Part shown: positions 55,476-64,000 of the stretch, in pieces
How the letters are laid out: each line of letters starts with the position of its first letter
Position numbering within the stretch: the stretch's first letter is position 1
Assembly (NCBI GenBank): GCA_012295275.1
Contig: CM022669.1
Span: 744,001 to 808,000 of the forward strand
Length of the DNA: 64,000 bases
Direction: 5' to 3'
DNA from: Chrysomallon squamiferum
Taxonomy: Eukaryota; Animalia; Mollusca
Translations under genes and position numbers: made by a program
The notes under the pieces: model-generated
What the model was told of the DNA's origin: nothing
The model's database searches: none
Seen by the model: the letters and a program-made list of their open reading frames with translations, nothing else

Positions 55476-55769
55476 CAGCTGTGGTGAGCAGCACATTAAA
55501 AATAGTATTTTTTATTTTTTACATATTTTATTTTTACATACTTCTTTTTAGGATGTCTGTCTAATTTCTTAACAATAATTCCAGTTTGATTTAGAATAAT
55601 AGTTATCTTTGTCATATCTATATCAATGCTATTTGAAATGTTATTTTTCCAAAATGTACAGTCATATACTGAATATGTAATGGCTTGAATAAAGACTGAT
55701 TTAAAAAAAGAATATAATTTTGATGTCAAACATTTTTTTGTTTCTTCATTGTTTTACCCTCAGTATCGA

Positions 55770-55809
<40 letters not shown>

Positions 55810-56070
55810 GTATAGTTTTACTTCCTTCATACGATCATTTCTTCTTTTTTCTGTCTTTTGCTCTTTCTTTATTTTTCTTTCTAATTCATTTTAAATGTTT
55901 TGTGCTGCCTGTCTAAATAAAGATTTATAATTAGCGAAATTACCATGATGGTTTGTTATAATTGGAATACCTCCTCCGAAATGACAGCAGAGAAACAAGA
56001 AATGATGGTTTGTTAATGTATATCCATTGAAAGGAAATCACAGGCAACCTTGTCAGTTAAAAAACATCCA

Positions 56071-56174
<104 letters not shown>

Positions 56175-56890
56175 TTTATGCTATGAGGAATAGTCTGTAA
56201 ACAAGACTTAGTTAAATTACAAAATGACTGTACAAAATGTACGAGTTATATAAGATGCAATTTGTATATACACGCATATACATACGTACAGTGATACACT
56301 CATAACTATAGACATACATACAAAAACACACTTATTTTAATGGCGACCATGGTGATTTTCATTTTTCAGTTTATGCTTATAACAATGGTTTAGAATCCAT
56401 ACCGTATGAAAATCTGAGAAAATACATGAATCTGGGATTTTTATACTGACTAATATCTGAGATATTGTCAGTAGTTGATTTCGATGGACGGCATTTTGGA
56501 TTTTGTCATTCATTTTATGCATACATATATCATTGGTGAATCTTGAACAAATAGAAAAAAAAAAAAGAAGAAAAAAAAAAAGATTGTTTTTAAAGTAGAG
56601 TGGTGCACCTGTCTCTATTAAAACGGAAAAATAACTGATTTAAGATTTCTTCACTGAAAATACGTAAAATATATGTACCATTTTTTTTTACCCAATTTCA
56701 TACCTTGGAATATTCCAACGGAAGCAATTCACTAACTAAAGTAACTGCTGGGTCTTTTGGTTCATGTACTAAGCATTATTAAGTGTTCATTACAAAATGT
56801 AAGGTTTTGAACACCCATCTCTTTGTAATTTATTATATACCATAATCAATAATAATATCTAAGCTTCTACATGGTTGGGATGTTATAAAA

Positions 56891-57164
56891 GCATGGACCA
56901 ATCATTTTTTTCAAATAAAAATAGGAAACTCATTGTTTGCATACATGCTAGTACATGTTTTAGAAGTTGAATGCTTTTTGTTTTAACGAAAAAGAGTGAA
57001 AATTTAATTTTTAATAAAACATTTTATAAGGCCGGTTGACGGACCTTTAATCGTTTTTAAACATTTTCTGTTGTAAAACTGATTCAAGCGTTATAATGAG
57101 TGCATCAAGGCAATCATACAAATAACACGTGATCAATACGATCTCTAATGCATTGAAAATGGAA

Positions 57165-57202
<38 letters not shown>

Positions 57203-58073
57203 ATTATAATGGTTTCAAGTATCGTTTTACAACTTCGTACTCAGAACTATCTGCTATAGAGTTTTAGCAGAGTAACGCGTCCATATTATGGTGCCTAATG
57301 AGAATAGTCATCTTCATATTCACGCACCAGTGTCTGTGAAATTATTTATTTTATTTTATTTTATTATTATTTTATTATTTTTCGACTGGCGACATCGTAA
57401 TAATATCTGAAAAAAATATATATAGTACGAAAAGTGTACGAGCTGGTATGATGTCAGAACAACCAAAAAAAAAAAAAAAAAGAATAAAAAAAAGGTTTTG
57501 ACCTTTGCGGCAATTTCTACTCAATAATAGACATCTATGTATACGAGGCATTGATTAAATAACATATTTCCCCGAATTACTTTTAATAATCCACACGTAG
57601 AATTGATTGCATTATGAAGGCAGACGTATTTAAAAGTTTGTAAACACTAATCGGCGTTCGACGCTGACATATTGGATTTCGATCGGAAGTTTCCGTAAGC
57701 TGACGGACATTGTTAAACTTCCAAATTAAATTATTTTGCATCTAATTTATGATTTACACTGATAAAGGTAAGGATGGTTGTTCATCTTACCTAACCATAA
57801 TGTCACGCGCCTTTTCTAACTACTTTTTCAACTTAATCAAACTTTTCAAACTGGATTATTTTTGTGTAAATGCGTGCATAATAAACTGAAATTATAATGC
57901 GTAATCAGATTAATGTATTAACTTTTGTAGTTGTCAATGTTTCCCCTCTCAGAACCCAGCAGAAAATAACATTTAGCGGTTGTTTGTACCCATTAAATTG
58001 GCGAAATTTCTTGAGGCCTTTTTCCGTGACGTGATTTGTGCCGTTACGAGTTATCGTTCCTATTGGTCCATGC
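56891..58073. mobile_element. Non-autonomous TIR DNA transposon (TIR GCATGGACCAAT), copy B, opposite orientation to copy A
   Basis: Ends GCATGGACCAAT / ATTGGTCCATGC; long near-identical stretches with copy A (e.g. the 57826-57970 region vs 15812-15956 reverse complement). Confidence 0.8.
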
Positions 58074-61000
58074 TAGTTATAACAAGTGATTTAAAAAATA
58101 AAAAAACAAAAAAATAATAATAATAAGGGAAAGTGATCTAATAATTGTCAAAGTTGATTTTGCAAAACAACCTTTATCTGGAAACGTAGTTAACATCATT
58201 CATACAGCAGTCTGGTACCACTACCTGTTCTAAGACGATAAAAAAATCAAATCCACCATCAAGCTTTCTGAATATTTGAGATGCAGCGAGAAAATGTTTT
58301 TGCTTTGGACTAGACATACTTGTCACATGCACAGAGATTGTCATTTCTATACTAATTACGTCATTTGTGACAAAGATGCTAGAATGACGTCATTACCTCA
58401 AAATAAAATACAACGGGCAGAGATTGACATAAATATCAAATTAACTTACATTTTTTTGGTCCTATACCTGGTAGCATTCGTCAGTTACGCTCCGCAGAAT
58501 TTCGTGCACTGTTTCAGTCTGCATTGCTTTATTGAAATCTATTAAAGATACGTAGTAACAGGCTGTAAATACAACCGGTCGGGTTAAGGATTTGTATCTT
58601 GTAAATACTCAATGGCTGCCAGTGACAGAATCGAACTGATTCTTTCGATCTGGTTTTGTTTTCATGTTGTTGCGTCATTCATTTTATTTTCTTCTTTTTC
58701 TTTTCATTTTTTTTTCTATTTTATTATAATATATTTTTTTTTAAAGAACGTTTTGCTGCTAAAAATCTATAAGGATATAATATAAAGGTGTGTTTGATTT
58801 TTAATTTTTTGAATGTAGATCTCCATTAGTCACCCGGGCAGGCTGAATGAAAACAGGTTTGCCACGTATGTAAATGTTGATTCATAACATGAACAGAAGC
58901 TGAATACCGATCTTTTTTTCATTTAAATACAAACATGTAACATACAACCTAGTTTAAATTTTGAGTGCCTAAAAGAGGGATAATCCGTGATATGCTTGTA
59001 AATACAGCCGTTGAACACTGAACAACAGAACATAACTCTTGAAACAAAAATATCGTTAATATTAGTACTAGAAAATAATAAATGAGAAATAAATAACAAA
59101 ACAAATAAATAAATAAATGATAAAAACATAAACTATAATAAAATAAATAATCTTTATATTGTACATCTTGCTGGACTGGGGTTAGAGACGGAGGGGGGCT
59201 ACTGAAGAGGTTGAAGAAGGGAAGTAATCTTTCCTATCCATTTTTGGTAACTGTCTTACAAGAAGTTCATCTGTTGGATCTTTTTAAACTTTTTTATGGA
59301 AGGAATCCAGGACTCAGTTTTTCAGCCTTGAATTATGGACCTTCCAAATCTATCCTATCATAGTATAATTAAATCACTTAAATCTGTTTCCACAGCAACC
59401 AATCCAGCCAAACAACGTGTATCAATTCTAGAACATTCGTACATTCAGTAGTTTGAATTTTAAATAACTGTATATTTATAGAAACAACCATTTTAATTAT
59501 CGTGGAACGTTGACAAAAACATAACACAGTAAGATTCGTCTAATCTAGGGATATTTAAATCTGTTAAATTTATTACTGAATTCTTAAATAATGATTTAAT
59601 GTAAGTTGTTTCTTAAAATTAAAATCAAAGTTGTAAATTACCAGTCTGATATTAATATTTTTCTGCATGACTTCTACAGTTATTCACAGCTGACCTCATT
59701 TTAATGTATTTTGATTTTTGCTCTTTATACTCACATTTTCTTGTCCATGTCGTAATTACACGAAATCGTTACTGCGCGCCATCTGCGTAATGAGATGAAT
59801 TGCACCCGTTGACCTGCGTCTGTCGAGTTATAAATAACTGATAGAGACAGATACTAAAACATTAAAATGCACAATCAGGGCCGCATCCGCGATTAGTCTA
59901 CAGGGTAAAATTCTGGCGGTGACTTAGTATTACAAAATGTTCAAACCTCACACTGTAAAGAATGTTTCAGTAAATGTATGTTAATATAAATAAAATGTTT
60001 TTCTCTTTTTATTTTATTTTAATTTTATTTGAATAGCATGGGGGAAAAATTTTAATTATAAATTATATGCCATATCAACAGGAAAAATTAGATTATTCAA
60101 CTGAATTTCCTGTTGCCATAGAAACTTAGTTATGATTGAAATAAGAAATTGTTTTTTAAAAAAAATAAATAAAATATAGAAATTAAGAAATAAAAAGAAA
60201 AGATAGAAAGGCCAAAAAGCTGGAAAAAAAAAGAATTAGGAAGGGAGAGAATAAATGTATGAAAGACAGAAAGTAAGAAAAAAACATAAAATGTCTAAAG
60301 AAGGAAGTGAGAAAAAAAGTATTTGAACGTCGTAACGAAATGAAAGAGGAAAATAGTAAAGACCAAACACGAAGTAATGATTTGTTATGATTCAGTGACA
60401 GCTAAACACCTTTATATGGGGAGAATAAGAGAGAGAGAAAAAAGATGTAATTTTATATCGCTCCATTTCGTCTCAGAGGATATCGTGTTACAAGAAGCCG
60501 CAGTTTATTGTGATTTCGTCATTACTTCAGTCACTGTATTTTAAATTTAGTTATTTATTTATTTATTTATTTTTATCTTTATTATTATTTTTTTTTTTAA
60601 GGCTTGTTTTTGAATACATATATTTTACTTAGTGACATTCAAAGAAGGACAGTGATGATAAAAAAAAAAAAAAAAAAACACAACAAAAAATCTATGTAAT
60701 TTATACCTGAATATGTGCTCGTTAGTACATGCACATGAACATAAAACATAGTCTTTGTAAACAAACACTGAATGTGTAGTAAAAACACAGAAATTAACTA
60801 ACTGACTAACTAAATTAATTAATTAATTAATTAAGTAGAAGTGAGAATTACAAGAAAACATCTACTTAACATATTAACATTTTTAAAAACATATAAATAA
60901 TTTCTTACCCGCCTTCAGTGACAATTGAATATTGACACATTTTGCTAGTTACACGTTGACATGCTTTAGGATAACCGCTGGCTTGTTGAGATCGCAATCT

Positions 61001-62451
61001 AACACGAAGTTAAAAGGCTATTGAATATGAATGTGTTATGATATGAGCACGTGACCGCGTTACAGCAAGGATCAGGCAGACGGTATTCAGTGACTGGTGA
61101 AAAACCAACAAAGCTGTCTGAACTAATAATTGAAAGAACAACAACAACAACAATCAAAATAATAAGAATAGAATAAAAATTGAAATTAAGATAAAGAATA
61201 AATAAAGTGAAAAAAAAAAGAAAAAGGAAAGGAAGACAAATTACTAATCAAACAAGGAAAAATGACAAAAAATAGTAACAGTAACAAGGAAAATAAAGAA
61301 AGAAATAAATGAAGTGTTTCGCTAGAAAGACGTTTGTTCTCTCAGTTATTTACTTTTATCAAAATGTAATGAAGCAGACAGCCGAACTAAAGTAATCAGG
61401 AAAATTTACATAAATATTTCGTCGAAGAAGGCGAAAACATGAAATTACTATTATCATCATCATCAGCGCTGTCGTCGTTGTCGTCATCATAATCATTGCT
61501 ATAAAGGTATTAATATCTAAGAAAGGAGGATTTAACTCATGTTTGTATATAAACAACGCGTAGTTGTTAAAGTTATAAACTAAACCTGCGGCTATGCATA
61601 ACGCACGAACCAATGTTTTGACTCAGCGACTGTTTCGCTAAATGAGACAGTTAATTTACCACTTAAGCGACAGTTTCAGGTGGTGAAGCAAACAGTTACG
61701 CACAGTGTGTTTTGAGTACACATACGTATACATCTACACACCAGCGTTTTGGTAACCCGAACTTGCCAGATCACAGACATCTGGAACAAGCGGTTGACTG
61801 TTCAGCCGGCTGGTTTGTTAAATCTGTCCAGTTTTCAGCTGGCTTGGATTTCTCTGGGAGTTAAATTTTGTATTTATATATATGACCCTTTTTTCTGTAG
61901 ACGAACAGTAATTCTGTGAAATTTATTTCTATTTATCAAATGGCTTCGTCCAATGTTTTGGTAATATTTTGCATTATTTAGTTGTCTTCATGAAATACAT
62001 ATGCATACATACATATATACCTACATATACAGTTATACATTCCTATACATACCTACATATACGTTTATACATTCATATACATACTAATTCATCCCGACTA
62101 CGACACATATATGTATATCCCAACTGAGAATAACCGTATGTACATTCCACCCCATACACACTTACATACACAAACACTGACACACAGAGAAATCTGTCAC
62201 TTACGTGTGTGCGTACTTGTCAGTGTGCGTGCGTGCGTTCCCTTTGGCACATGTAACATGGCAGATTGTCAGAGTTCGATGTGAAAGACGAATTATTCAC
62301 AAACACGTGGCGAACACACGACACATGTGTTTAATCAATGCGAGGCACATGTTAAAAACCTGTGTGTCATTCAGCCGCATTACGTTTATTTATATTTATG
62401 TGTGTATGAGTGTGTGTATATGTATGTGTGCTTATGTTTGTGTGTGTGTTA

Positions 62452-62542
62452 ATTAGTGACTAGTGTGTTGTTCATTAGTGACTAGTGTGTTGTTCATTAG
62501 TGACTAGTGTGTTGCTGATTAGTGACTAGTGTGTTGTTGATT
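62452..62542. repeat. 22-bp tandem repeat x4
   Basis: ATTAGTGACTAGTGTGTTGTTC units. Confidence 0.85.
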
Positions 62543-64000
62543 AATAACTGAAGTTATGGATCAGGGTGGATCAGGGATGGATCAGTGTGGATCAGTGTTC
62601 CAGACACGTCTATTCTTTTTCTGTCTGTGGATGTCATGTTAAAACAAATGTACAGAAATGCGTTCAAGTGTGTTTTGAAAATGCTTTCATTAATAATGTA
62701 ATGCGCACTTGTACTTGTAATATTAATATACTTTGACGTCTGTGGTAATACAATCGAATACGAAACGTATTCTATTACTTAGCTCTGCAAATACATCATT
62801 TATTGCTGGATATATAATAACCTTATACAGAAGCAGAAAGCTGTATCGTGTTCTGTACAATGTCACAGCAACCTTTGTCAGTATAAATATTTCATTTCAG
62901 GTTAAATTGAGTGAACTTGTCTGTTAAGCAGCTACTAATTAATGTCAAATTGATCCAGATCGTTAATTTCGCACTGGTGAAAGAATATCGAAACGATCTA
63001 CATGTGTGTCTGTTTATAAAACGATTATTTATAAAGATAAGTCGAATTTGTCAACTGTTAATAAAAACATAGTGATCTGCCGCAGGCATAGTGATTTTTC
63101 CATGTTGACGTTACAGAATCTTCACTCTGTCTCTGCCTCTCTCTCTGTGTATCTAACTTTCCATCTGTCTATCTCTCTATCTATCCATTCATCCGACCAT
63201 CTGTCAATCCATCCATTTATCCATCTATTTCTCCTATTTCTTTCATTTCTTCCACTACAGACAACAAAAGAACATTTCATAATTTAGAATGACATATTAA
63301 AGTCACTTGGCTAACAAACAACAGGTGAACCTTCATTTCCAATAGTTTTCTTCTCTGTATATAAACATAGACGTTTCTCGTTTGTTTTTCACGTTACATT
63401 AGTGCATGTTTACAACAGGCATTTTTATCAAACACTGTCTTGCTGATTTCAGCTGCCAACTCGAGAGAGCAAACAACAGTAATTTTATCTGGGTAATGTT
63501 TTCAGTGATTACAACAATTCTCTTTAAAGTGCAGTAGGCTGGCGTGTATTTCGCGTGCAGATAAATATTGTGATTAGAATATTTTTGTCGATCTTATTAC
63601 AAAAAACCACATAAACCTGTTACAACAACACATAAACCTGTTTTTACTTGTTGGCTCTTGGTTTTGTTTAATTCACGTATCAATGTTTTCATCCTTACAG
63701 AGCGATAACCACACCTATGTATCAGTGTTAAAATGTGACAACAAAAACTAAGATTTTGTAAGAATTCAGTATTTATCAGTGATGGTAACCTATTTCTGCT
63801 CATACGTATCTAACATCGAAACAACTGCATTGAATATTACTGTCCATTCTCTAATTCTTGTTAAAACGAATATTTTATTTATCAGTTTTTACTATCTAGG
63901 TCAGTGAACCAGATCAAACAGTTTTATTATCAGTGAACGTTTTTAAAAATTCATTTGACGATGAATATAACATCCACGCTCAACTGATTACACTGAACAG

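Overview
AT-rich, microsatellite-rich animal genomic DNA, most likely a mollusc (gastropod); the taxon is an inference from repeats and gene content. The left ~19 kb holds two convergent, intron-containing, CpG-depleted housekeeping genes. DCTN3 (+, 283-5111) has a candidate 21-nt microexon and a U12-type last intron. An ADAL/MAPDA-family deaminase (-, 8579-18617) has unusual active-site substitutions. The right part is CpG-retaining and repeat-dense. It carries a cluster of four LicD/fukutin-family type II membrane phosphotransferase genes with intronless CDSs (one +, three -), one interrupted by a +1 frameshift in the catalytic motif. Also present: a pogo/Tigger deletion derivative, MITEs, two copies of a TIR element, a SINE-like fragment and many mini/microsatellites. 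All calls were made by eye, with no database searches.
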